This document shows, piece by piece, positions 24,751 to 36,194 of a stretch of DNA of 47,690 bases; within the stretch, counting starts at the first letter, position 1, and every line of letters begins with the position of its first letter. The stretch is taken from assembly GCA_049999805.1 (NCBI GenBank), contig JBNGIO010006005.1, positions 1-47,690 of the forward strand. Reading direction: 5' to 3'. The position numbers and the translations under genes were made by a program. The notes beneath the pieces were generated by a model that searched no databases, was not told the DNA's origin, and saw only the letters and a program-made list of their open reading frames with translations. This DNA is from Folioceros fuciformis. Lineage: Eukaryota.

Positions 24751-27700
24751 GATTCCGAATCTCTTCACAAGGCCCCCCGCTCTTGGCGGATATATCAGTC
24801 CTAACTGGATGGGGCCTTGTAAATTCTTCTGCCGCTCTTCATCCTCCTGCTGCTGCTGCTGCTGCTGCTGCTGGCTGCTCCTCCTGTTACCAGCCAGGGC
24901 CCCAGTTGCGTTCCCCATCCCATTTCGCTGGGAGTCCGGACTCAGGGGTCCCCATTCCCCGAGTCCCACGGCCTAGAATCCACTCGTTGACCGAACTGTT
25001 GGTTTTTTTTGGTCCCTCCCCAGATCCCTAATCCCAAATCCCTAATCCCCACAAGGACCACAAGGAATGGAATGGAATGTAAGGGAATGCGATGCATGCA
25101 TGCATGTCCATACGCAAACACAGCACACACTGTGTGTGGGGCGCGCGCGCGGGCACAGCAATCCTGGACTCCCCTCCCCCACTTACCAAAATTCTTGACT
25201 TTCCAAGCAGGCCGCGAAGAAGCATCTTTCAAGGGAATGACGCACTTGTGAGCAACGCAGTGTCTGTGTCCGTGTCTTTGACTCTGTCCCTCCATGTCCC
25301 CGAATTTTGTGCCCAACAAAGTCGTGACAATGCTTGGTTGTTGAGCTCAGGGAGACGGGTACAAAAATGAGAATAAGGCGGACACTCCCTCCGCTTCTTG
25401 CATGTCAATGATATGTATGTTTGTGGGCAGTTTTGCACAATGTCGGATAACATAAAGATAACATAACATAACATAACATAACAGGGCCGGGCCGGGCCGG
25501 ACCGGACCGAGCCTCATCGCATGGCATGATTGAGCAAAGAAAGTTGCTTTTCACAAGAATATTCTATTACTTCATTTTTGGGACACGAGATATTGTGGCC
25601 TCCCAAGATTTAATAAAGGAGAGAATCCTTTCTTTTCAAACCATCATGTATGCATGTCAACAACATATTCCTGGAACAGACTAAGTTGTTAACCAAGTAA
25701 TAAAAATAAAATATAAAAAAGGTCTGCGGTTTGTGGTATAAGGTTTGTGATGGAATGATTTAATCCTTGTGCGTGAAAATGCGTGCTCCTGGTAGTTGGT
25801 GTAATATGTGCTGCGATGATGTGGCACATGGCTCCATTGTGTGAAATTGCTGACGTGATGAGTAGAGAGGGTGGAAGGGGGAGCCTGTGGGGCTGGAAGC
25901 CCAAGTGAACCAAGGAAGGTCCTTACTTATACACGTGTGTGGGCTGTTTTACGAGAGGCGCAGTGGAGTAACAAGAGCAGACAGGCAACGGGCCGAAGCC
26001 TCTCAAGGCTCAAGGCTCAAGGCCTGGCTACGTGTAGAGTGTGCAAGCAGGCGTCGGCGGGCTTCCAGGAGGAGCTTTGTCCCGTTCTTACGGGACCGGG
26101 TCCGAGCCCAAAGTCCGCTTTGGCTTTGCTTCGGGGCAATAGCGGACCAGGTCAGGTGTGCTGTGCAGTGCAGTGCAGTGCAGTGCAGTGCAGTGATGTG
26201 CATTGCAGCGAGAGAAGAGAGCTTCCGGGAACCGCGTGCCGGTGGCCGGGAGGATATTCATATTCGTGGGGATGCAGAGTAGAGCAGAGCAGGGCAGGGC
26301 AGATGCGGATGCCGCAGTCCAAGTCGATATTCAATCATTTGGCGGTGTTTGGCGCGACTCCAACATGTGGCAGCCCTGGCCCAGGCTCCAGGCGTTCAGG
26401 CCTGCAGGTCCAGGCTGCACAGGGTTTAGGGTTTACGTTCTTTTCACACTCTGGACATTCCATCTCCAAGTGTCCATGGAGTAGGGCAGGCCACAGCGGA
26501 GCGGGGGTTAGGGACTGGGATGGCGATAGAGAGCAGAGGCAGAGGCAGAGATTCGGGGGCAAGGCAAATCGCTGTCTGTCGGCTCAGCTCGGCTAGCTTG
26601 TGGTCCGTGGTAAACTTGACAATCAACACTGCAAGCTCAACTGGCACTTGGCACTTAGGGCTCGGTCCTGAGTTCAAGCCCCGCTGGACAAAAGCTTCGG
26701 CATTGCCGTCACCGTCGGCGTTGGCGTCGGAGTCGCCGCGGGAAGTGCTTCTCCAGATTTCTTTGCAACTTGCCGGACGCGCGTGTAGAGAATGCATGAT
26801 CAGAGAATGAGCCTTGCCTAGCCTGGCCTGGCCTGGCCTTGCCTTGCCTTGCCTTGCCTTGCCTTGCCTTGCCTCCGATGTTAGCGGCCAAGTGGCGCCA
26901 TTATTTGGACAGTCGTAGTTGCAGTCAGCACTTCAGGTTTTACGTTTTGGGGTCACGGCTGCCGTGAATTTAGCCGGCGTTTAGATTTTGTGTAACCGTA
27001 GGGGCTGGCGGCACCACTTCTTTGGCTTGCACTCAGGCCAGGCCGGAGCCCTTACAACTACACTACACTAGACCTAGACAACTCAGTCAATCGATCACTG
27101 TGCCTGCAGCAGCCCGCTGCCGTGAGCGTTACTTAAGCCACGAATGATCCCGACCTGACGCTTCGTGGCGCCTAATCCATCATTAGCAGCTCCAGTTCAA
27201 GCTGCAGCCACAGCCGCAGCCACAGCCGCAGCCCGCGCCATAGCTGTCTTCAGCTGTCTTGGTACACACTAAGATGGCTAATTGGTGATCACACGTTACG
27301 TATCATGTAACGCTCACTGTTCACAGCCCCGCTGTAGCCTCGCTGTTGTTGGCGGGAGGAGTCGTGACTCCTGACCACTACACTAGTGCCGCAGTTGGAG
27401 TGGCAGTTGCTGCCTGGACGCTATCCCAACACCGTGTCTTCCGTTGCACGCCCCCTCCAGGGTTTCCAGGCCCATATTCCCTATTCGTTGGGCCTGTGTT
27501 ATCGGAAGTTCCGGATCCCGATCCCCGATCCTCGATCCCGTTCCCTTCCCAGTTTCCCGCCCTCCAACTTGCGCAAGTTGCGAGTTGCAACTTGCCTCCA
27601 CCGGCCCCCACACCCACAGGGACATGAGGCCCCCATTCTTGTCGTAATCTACCACCACCCCGGTTTTTGTCTACTTGTGCACGCACGGCCTCAGCGAGGG

Positions 27701-29223
27701 GGCCTGGCCGCCCAAGGCCATGGGGAATGGAAGGAGGCCGGAAGGGCCTGGGCCCTGGGTTCTGGGTCCTGGGACTCTTGCGAATCCTGGCTCCTTGCTC
27801 TCCACCACGTAACTTGGCGCCAACCGCAACCCCAAGGCCAGCAGATCTCGCAAACCTGTCCTGCTCCTGGCATGCCATACCATGTGCAGCACAGCGTCAA
27901 TATACCAGGGTGCATACATATATGTTACATGCAAGTGTGTGTCCCGTACACTGTCAAATGTCACCATGCCGTATGTACCCGCTACTCATGTCAGGTGCAC
28001 ATGTTAATTTGCTAGACCTAGGCTCGGGCTTGGCCTTCAGGCTCAAGTTCAGGATTTGTCCTTCGGGGTTGGGGCTGCCATCACTTCTGGTTCTAGCAGC
28101 TTCCAAGGAAGAGCAAGGAAGCCCGGCAGGGTGTTTCATTCGGAACTGTACGGCCGCCTAGAATGTACATATCTGTACCCGTATCCAATCCCAGGCTGGC
28201 TGGCCGGTTGCCTGCCTGCCTACGACGCTATGCATAATGCTTCCCTGCAAGCACAACTCCACAGCTATTGCATCCGTGCCGGTGCGCCTGCGGCTGCGAC
28301 TGACGATGACTTGGTGAGCTGCTCTTGCAGATATCGATTCACTACCCCACCAGGCTACCTGCCAACAGCCAGCTACTGTATGTATGCATGTGTAGCTGTA
28401 CACGCCCTAGGGCAGTAGCCAGCGCCACCGAATCCCCCTTCTCCACGCTTCTCTCTTTTCACTCGCTAATGAGCATCCCAGCTCATTCACAACAACTAAT
28501 GCACATAGCTGGCCATGAAAGCACTCACTCTCACACACACAGCTCAGCCCCAGATTCATCTCATCACTTTCACTTTCCGCTGTGTTGCCTACTAGTCAAC
28601 GAAGCATAAAACAGAAGCAGACACGGAATCTCACACCCGGGGCCAGAGCCAGACCCAGAGCCAGAAGCAGAAGCGGAAGCAGAAGAAGCCGCAGCCGCAG
28701 CCACAGCCGCCCACGCAGCCTTCCGCTCCACTTCACACTGCGCCACCTCTCGAACAACCCTCGGAAAAGGCAAAAAGCAGGCACCACACGGCCGGCAAGT
28801 GTGAACGCCTGCCTGCTCTTTATCAGACCTGAGACTCCACCGACACACAGTGCACAGGAGAGAGAGAGATAGGGGGCGCACCGGCGCCGCAGCGCCAGAC
28901 AAACTCCAACTCCACTTCCACTTCCATTCTAGCGGCCAGCAGCAGGCTCTCATCGTGGTCGTGGTCCTGGTCGTGCCACAAACACGCAGCCTTCACGTTC
29001 CCCGTTATTGCTTTTCCAACGTTCCGCTCCTCGTGGACACAACTCGAACCGCACGCCGTAGCCGAGGAAAGCAAAGGCGATAGGGCAAGCGCCTTCTCCA
29101 CACATAGCTTCTCACTGTATGTACGTACCACTCCACCTGCAGGCTCCGTTAGCTGGTCATCGCTCTTCCTTCCCATTCTCACTTTCTCTCCACCACTACA
29201 TAGCAGTGAAATTGCACATAGTG

Positions 29224-29430
29224 TGTTAAAAACAGTGAGTACCAAGATCAATCTATGTTTCAGCACACTTACATTGATAGCATGTACATACATATATAGC
29301 CTTCAAACATGACAATACCTCGGTGTGGATAAACAATATCCCAAACATGGTATTATCTTATATATCCTGGGATATACTTACAACATTCTAGTCTAGATGT
29401 GTTGTTACAAAACCCTATGGATTTCTAACA
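29224..29430 (-). repeat. 3' LTR (207 bp, TGTTA...TAACA)
   Basis: Direct repeat of 30671-30877, about 15 mismatches by my manual count. Confidence 0.92.
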
Positions 29431-29599
29431 CTCTCACTCAACACATCGACCATCTAATTTATAAATCTTACTTAATTAACCCTAACATCTTGCATATGCT
29501 TTTCTAAGGCTAGACCTTTGGTAAGAACATCAGCCGGCATGTTCTCTGTAGGACAATAAGCTAATTCTATTTCTGTTGAGGTTGCAGACTCACTTGATT

Positions 29600-30381
29600 G
29601 GCTTGAGAGGATTTCTCCTTCTTCGACTCGTCTGCCAACCTGGTTCTACATTCTTTGGCGTGATAATTTGGCTTCCTGCAATAATAGCAAACCAAGATCC
29701 TTTGGTCGTACGGCTCATACCATCCTTCTTCTTCTCGTCTATAGACTTGGATTGTCTTTAGACTTGAACTTTGCCTTTCTTGGTGAAAAGGACGGCGTCA
29801 TTAGTCTTCTCTTTCTTGTTTAAAAACTCCAATTCTTCCTGCAAAAGCAATCCGACCACCTCATCCAAGGACGGCGGTTTGTGGCTTGATTGCATCGCGA
29901 CCGTTGTCCTAAAGGCCGACACAAATGGCTTGTAGGTTGGTGGTAAGCTACACAACAACACCACAAGGATTCTTTCCTCGGTTGCCTTCATCTGGTCCAC
30001 TAAGGTCTTTAACTTGTTGACATGTTGCTGAATGGTGTCGTGTGCGGCCATAGTGAAGTTTGCAAGTTGTTGTTCCAACAACATCGAACTTACCATATTT
30101 TTCTTTTCGTATGTATTATAAAGTGTGATCCACGCTTCTTGTGACGTTGCGCATTCGCTCAATTGAGAGAGAACGTCACCTGAGACATTCAACAAGATTG
30201 TTGCCACAGCTCGTCCATCTTTGTCGAGGCCTTTCTCTGTGGGTGCCACATCGAGACCCTCATCAGCAAACTTCCGTACTCCCTCTTTGATAAGAAGCAT
30301 CTTCATCTTCAGCTTCCATGAGGTGAAGTTTTTCCCTCCAAACTTCTCCACCACATGAGTTTCGAGAAGACGTGTCTCCAT
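29600..30381 (-). pseudogene. Degenerate copia gag (DUF4219/UBN2-type) with a decayed zinc knuckle
   Basis: KFGGKNFTSWKLKMKMLL at the N-terminus, LLCSLPPTYKPFV, and a stop at 29758. The downstream knuckle CYYCRKPNYHAKEC (~29648-29689) has Tyr at the His position. Confidence 0.85.
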
Positions 30382-30658
30382 GTTCCCGTCCTTTACGGGC
30401 TAACAGAATGACTTTTCGAGAAGATGTGTCTCCATGTTCCCATCCTTTGCGGCCTAACAGGATGACTTCCCTACACGAACGTCAAGCTTCACCTACTTGC
30501 ACAAGGTCTTACAACAGACACATAGTTTGCATGGGCTTGTACACAACACAAAGGGAGCAAAGATACTCCTACACAAGTCAATGCAGGCAGCTCCTTGGTT
30601 TACACAAGTCAATGCAAGCGGCTCCTAAACCAAGGAGCTTGGTGGGACTAAAATATGG

Positions 30659-30670
30659 GCTCTGATACAA
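30659..30670 (-). other. Primer-binding site complementary to the tRNA-iMet 3' end
   Basis: Minus strand TTGTATCAGAGC abuts the LTR, one mismatch from canonical TGGTATCAGAGC. Confidence 0.85.
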
Positions 30671-30877
30671 TGTTAAAAATAGTGAGTACCAAGATCAATC
30701 TATGTTTCAACACACTTAGATTGATAGCATGTACATACATGTATAGCCTTCAAACATGACAATACCTCGGTATGGATAAACGATATCCCGAACATGGTAT
30801 TATCCAATATATCCTGGGATATACATAGAGCATTCTAGTCTAGATGTGTTGTTACAAAACCTTATGGATTTCTATTA
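30671..30877 (-). repeat. 5' LTR (207 bp, outer terminus mutated)
   Basis: Direct repeat of 29224-29430; ends TATTA rather than TAACA on the + strand. Confidence 0.9.
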
Positions 30878-33800
30878 TCCAATTTCAGCATCAGGTCTTC
30901 AACTCCAACACTACTGCATCACGCCCTGGAATCAAATGCACGAGTGTATAGATGTGTACAATGACCAGATGCTCGGACAACACCTCACTCATCCCCCACC
31001 GCTACTCTGCCCTGCACTGTAGCAACCCTGATCAAGCCTGATGAGCCAGCTTTACACTGGGATGGGATTCGGAACAAGCTTGTAAGCCTCTTCAGTCTCA
31101 CTTACCCTCACTCTCTAAAAAAACAATCCAAACAAAAACCAAATAAAGGTACACACATCCATTACATAACATTCATTCCACTCCCTGGCTGCGGGCCCGG
31201 AGGCTGAGGGGCCGATCCGGACCCAGCCCGGCCAGCCAATCCCTTAATCCGGCAACCGGGCAATCGTCATCGCACGCGAGAATGGGTCGCTACACCCGAG
31301 ACCTCCTGCCATTCGGATCCTCATCAGATCTGCCTGCCTTCTGTTTTGCGCGCATTTATGGACCAACAAACCTATCATTGCTCATATCATTAATCAACTC
31401 CTCACACCCGCTCCCTGCCTTCGCCTCCGCCTCTCCTTCTCCCTCTCTGCCTCGCCTCGCCTCCAAAACTCCATCCACCCCATCACACCCAACAACCAGC
31501 AACCAGAAGGACAAGCAGAAATCAGCAAAAGGAAAACGAAACTTCCAAGCCCACCACTCCTTCCACATTTGCCCGCGACCCAAACCACATACCGCACCTG
31601 TAAGGCTCGGCTCAAGGTCGGCATTTCCCGTTTGGATGTGGAGATCGGGAAATCGAGAAATCAGGCAATCGGGATGACGTGAAGCTCTAGCCAAACCTTT
31701 GCCCTTCGACTCCTGCCTGCCAGCAGCCAGACACTGGAGTGCACAAGTGGGGCACTGGAGTAGCCATCTACCAACTTTCATTATCCTCTCACCCACCGGC
31801 TGAACGCTGCCTGTGGCATATGGTGCAGCACTAGAGCGATCAGCATCGCAATCGCCATCCCACAAGTGGAAGCAACTCCACTCACCAAGTCACCAAGATG
31901 CCAAGATGCCACTATCAAACAAGCCCCTGGCAGGCCAGCTTCCACCTTTCTTACTGCGCTTCCGTCCACATCCGTACATGGACCCGCGGGCCCGCCCGCC
32001 TTCATGGACGTGTCTCCGACGCACCCATCACTCCCTTCGCTCTTACGCAACCACCATGCTGTCTCCCTTCGAACCACCCAGCTGAGCTCGCATTTACATA
32101 TCTATCTGCATTCCATACATACACCCTCCGGGGTAGCTGCCTCATGCTATGCTAGCCATCGTTACCATCGCTACCCATTGTTGCTACACGGAGTGTGGAT
32201 CCGGCTCGGAATCGGGATCCGAATCCCTGTCCCGGCCCCAGCCCCGGCCCCGCCGGGGGGATGTTTATGAATAGTATGTGGATAGATAGCATCCAGGGCT
32301 CAGGGGAATGGACAGCCAACGCCACACCACCTTCAGCATTTATTGCGCTCATCGGCTTGCACAACACTCAAGACTCAGTGTCATCAAACCAAAAGCCAAA
32401 AGGGGGCAGCCCGCATCCCTCATCCCCAATCCCCCATCCCGCAGCCGTGTCCATATCACTCAACTCCATCTCATTCATGCAACTCTGTTTGCCCACATCA
32501 AGGCAGTGGAGAAGCCAGCCCATCCCTTTACTCCAGCTTTTGCAGGGGCTGCAAGTGCGCGGCATCATTGGCCACCCCACGGCTCGCAATAATAGCAACG
32601 GATCACTGCAGCTGCAGCCTGCCCCAGGGCCCAGCCCAGGCACACACACAGGCAGGGATCAAGACCAAAACCAATGCTGCTCTGCAACACGGCGGCAACC
32701 AGATTCTCCAGCCAGCCACGGAATTTGAAGCTGGAACTGCTGAGCCTTCATGGCAACGTCTGGGAGGCAAAGCGTATCGTAATGTATGGATTGCATGCCC
32801 ACCTTCCCTCACAGGCTCACAAGTCACCAACCACTTCCTCTCTACATTTACATGTCTGTACACATACATATGCATGTGCGCACACATGTGGTACAGTACT
32901 GCAGGCTGCATACCAAAGGAAGGGCCAACTCAGAATCCGCTACACCGATCCATGTCCATCGGAATCCCCACACGTATTATGCATGCGCATTTATGCACAT
33001 ACGGCCCTGCAGCTGGTGTAATTAATTTAAGCGTTGCGAAGAAAGGGCCAGGCAGGAGGGCGAGAAAGGGAATATGCTGTTCCAGCCCAGGTTTCCAGCA
33101 GCTGCAGCACTATGTACATACATATGTACATACCAGCAGCAGATTGGCAGGCGGACTCGTGGCAAGCCCTGCACAGGATCAGGATCCAGACCAGGACCAT
33201 GTACGGCGTGTCAATCACACGCTTGTAAAGAGATATGTGCGCTAGCATGTATGCAACGCTTTTAGCCTCCTTCCAGCTTCCCACGCTTGCAAGCTTTGTA
33301 TGCTTCACCTGCCCCAGCTTCACGAATCACGATTCTCCACAAAGCTGTAGCATTAGCCTGCCCTGCGCCCTGTCACTCATCAGCTTCTGCCAACTTTGTA
33401 GTCTTCGTCATGCCACGCCACGCACAGCAAAGCCCGTTTCTGCTCTTCTCTGCTCTGCCCTGCTCTGCTCTGTCCTGCCCTGCTCTGCTCTGCCCTGCTC
33501 TGCTCTGCTGCCTACACCCCACCCCATGCCCATATCTTTCTCACACACCCATCCTCGACCCTCGCCCACACCACATTTTTCGCAGATACCACCCATTCCA
33601 TTATTTTAAGCCTGGCCCCTTCCCCCTTTCCGACCTTTCCAAAGCACCTATCTAACTTGAAAGCGGAAAGGCTGCTGGGAAGCCCGCCCCGAGGCCCCCG
33701 TCTGACGACGGCTCGCTGGTCGGTGTTCCGGCCCCCATGCCTGCCCTTGCCCTTGCCCCCTGCCCTGCCCTGCCCTGCACTCCGCCTTTCGCCATTTGTT

Positions 33801-36194
33801 TGTAACTTTCTTGCACTGGCTGCCACTCGCACCCACCACGCTTATGCCCCCACGGTCCACGGAACGCCGTCGCAGGCCCAGGCTACGCCAGTCCTGGCCA
33901 GCCCAGGCACCCCGGACTCCATTATATCGTAATAATGTAGCTCGCACCGGACAAAGCACCACCTGCTATGTGTACAGCCCTGTACTACTAGAGAGCAAAA
34001 ACAATTTGAGACTCTATATCTGTTGCCATGGAAATGATGGCAATGGTGGCTCAGTGAAGTCTGGTGGACGCCACTGAATGCCATCCTTTCTTTTTTTTGG
34101 TTACAGGCAAAGCTACGGTATTGAGTCCCGACTAGTCAGTCATACATAACCGTTATGAGGTGCCAGGGAGAGAGAGAGAGAGGCAGGTAGGCAGGCAGGC
34201 TGGCAGGCAAGCATCCATAGCCGGATCACGATCCCACTGTTGACTTCCTGCCTACCTACCTACGCAATGGAGGGGGCAGGCTGCCTCTGTCTGCCCCTCA
34301 TCATCATCATGAGCCAGTGGAGCTGAGTAGCTTGGCTGGCCTTCTGGAAATGGAATTCTCACAATTTCTTGCACAGGAGCTTTCAAAGGACCCTTCCTTG
34401 CTCACACATGATATTTACGCCCTGGACACCAAACAATGGCGGTCAAAGGGATGGCATTGCTACCAAATCCAACAACAGTATGGCATCTTCGCTCATTCTT
34501 TGCTGTCTGCAGTTTCATTCGAATGTGTGCATGCCAATCACCATCACCTCGCCCTAGATTCCCACTCACTTGCTGCCCTTCTGCTGCTGTGTCTGATGTC
34601 ACCCCCGCACCGGCTTATCCTTCACAGCCTTGACATCTTCATCTCAATATCAATAAAGTATTCCTCTTCCTTGGTTTCTGCCCTCTTTCCACGCCCGCTC
34701 CCTTCACTTTCTCTTGACTCCCTTTTGCCCGTCACGCGGGGCCCCGGAGCAGGCGGAGGGCAGGGGCCAACTGTTGTGGGGCAGCATTTGTTGCATGGGG
34801 AATGGATCCAAAAGGAAAGCAAACGGCAAGGGACGGGAAGGGGGAAGAGGAAATATTTGCAATTGCCACAACACTATTTCACACCGCTCACTTGCTGGCC
34901 AGCTACCTTCATCGGAGGCCAGAAAATGCCACGATATGAAGCTCTACAGTAGCCACAACAGTACCGCACTGGTACCACCAACACTACACTACTACAGCTC
35001 TCACACCTAGCACTCCTTTTCTACCCTGCCCCGCGCATGTCTGCTCTGTTCTGCACTGCACTTCTCTCGTCTGGTCTGGTCTGAGCCCTCCTCGGGAAAG
35101 GCAGCACTACCGCCGCTTCATTCTTTCGCTCTTCTAGACACCGCACCACCCACATCCGTCTTTGAGCCAGGCCTTCAGATAAGTCAACATTGCTTCGGCC
35201 CAGGCCCCACTGCCTACTTTTGGGAATGCTGCACTGCCTTGCTTCCACGGCCCACCTACATCCACAACCTGTACCGGGGGAGGGGACCGATCGCCAAGAA
35301 TCCAGAATCAGCCTGATGGGAACGTGACGCACTCGGTCAATGGTTTACTGTTCCCTCCGAGTCCTGACCCACCAACAAAGCTGCGAAATGCAAATCATCC
35401 TGCCTTCCTCGGAGAACACACCCACACAAGGACACCTCGCATGGCTTGCCGTTTGATGCACAACCCCAGAGAAAAAAAGACGAAGGTAGACCAAGTCCGA
35501 GCCCGAGCCCGAGCCCAGTAAGATCAAGCGCAAACAAGAAGGCAGAACGATTGGGAGGAAACAGTACGTGGTTGTTACGTACATACACACTGGAGCTTTT
35601 CATTGGGTCACGTGCTCAAGAGTTCTTTTCTGCTGCTTACTTGCGAGCCCGATGCGGCTGGCCGCTGGGCCGTGCACAGTGGAATACACACATTGCAAAC
35701 ATACAAACAGTGTGCAGATATATATGTACACACCCACCCAACTACAGGCTCGCCTCCGGCAGGACAATCTGGCCTGTAAGTGCGCCAGGATACGACAAAT
35801 GGGGGCCTGACCTGCCTTTGTCGTCACTACAACCCATAGTCTATGCTCTTGTCGTTGCCCCTGGCTTGCTTGCCACCCCGGAGTCCCTGGACCTTGCTTG
35901 TTTGTACAGCCACATCAGGTGCTCACCGCGGGATCCACTCTAACGCATCGCATCCACATCGCATGGGCTCTACCTGCACTACTTGTCCGGAAGCCAGCAA
36001 ACCGTTGCTTCCTGTCGCAGCTGCCGCTGCAACAGCAACTGTAGATGGAAGACCAACTGGATCCACTGCTACCCATCACCGACAATATTGCCTCCATCTA
36101 CTACCTGGCCCTCCACACTTGCGACAGGGAATCTAACTTCCCACGCCATCTCTCCTCTCACGCATGCACCCGTCAATCGCGGCTCCAACATCTG

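Larger units (their letters stand above)
29224..30877 (-). mobile_element. Internally deleted, non-autonomous Ty1/copia LTR retrotransposon (~1.65 kb)
   Basis: Two 207-bp direct repeats, an iMet-type PBS, a purine-rich PPT-like tract at ~29431-29445, a copia gag and an RNase H C-terminal remnant (YCPTENMPADVLTKGL). No target-site duplication found. Confidence 0.92.

Noticed and set aside
35229-35252. TGCACTGCCT resembling the 5' half of miR408
   Set aside because: The 3' half differs and I saw no complementary hairpin arm. I found no conserved plant miRNA by eye in the window.
20300-36190. Numerous 60-300 aa ORFs in the intergenic region
   Set aside because: They arise from GC-rich microsatellites (LPSF, ALPC and GSGS repeats), often have non-ATG starts, and show no family motifs.
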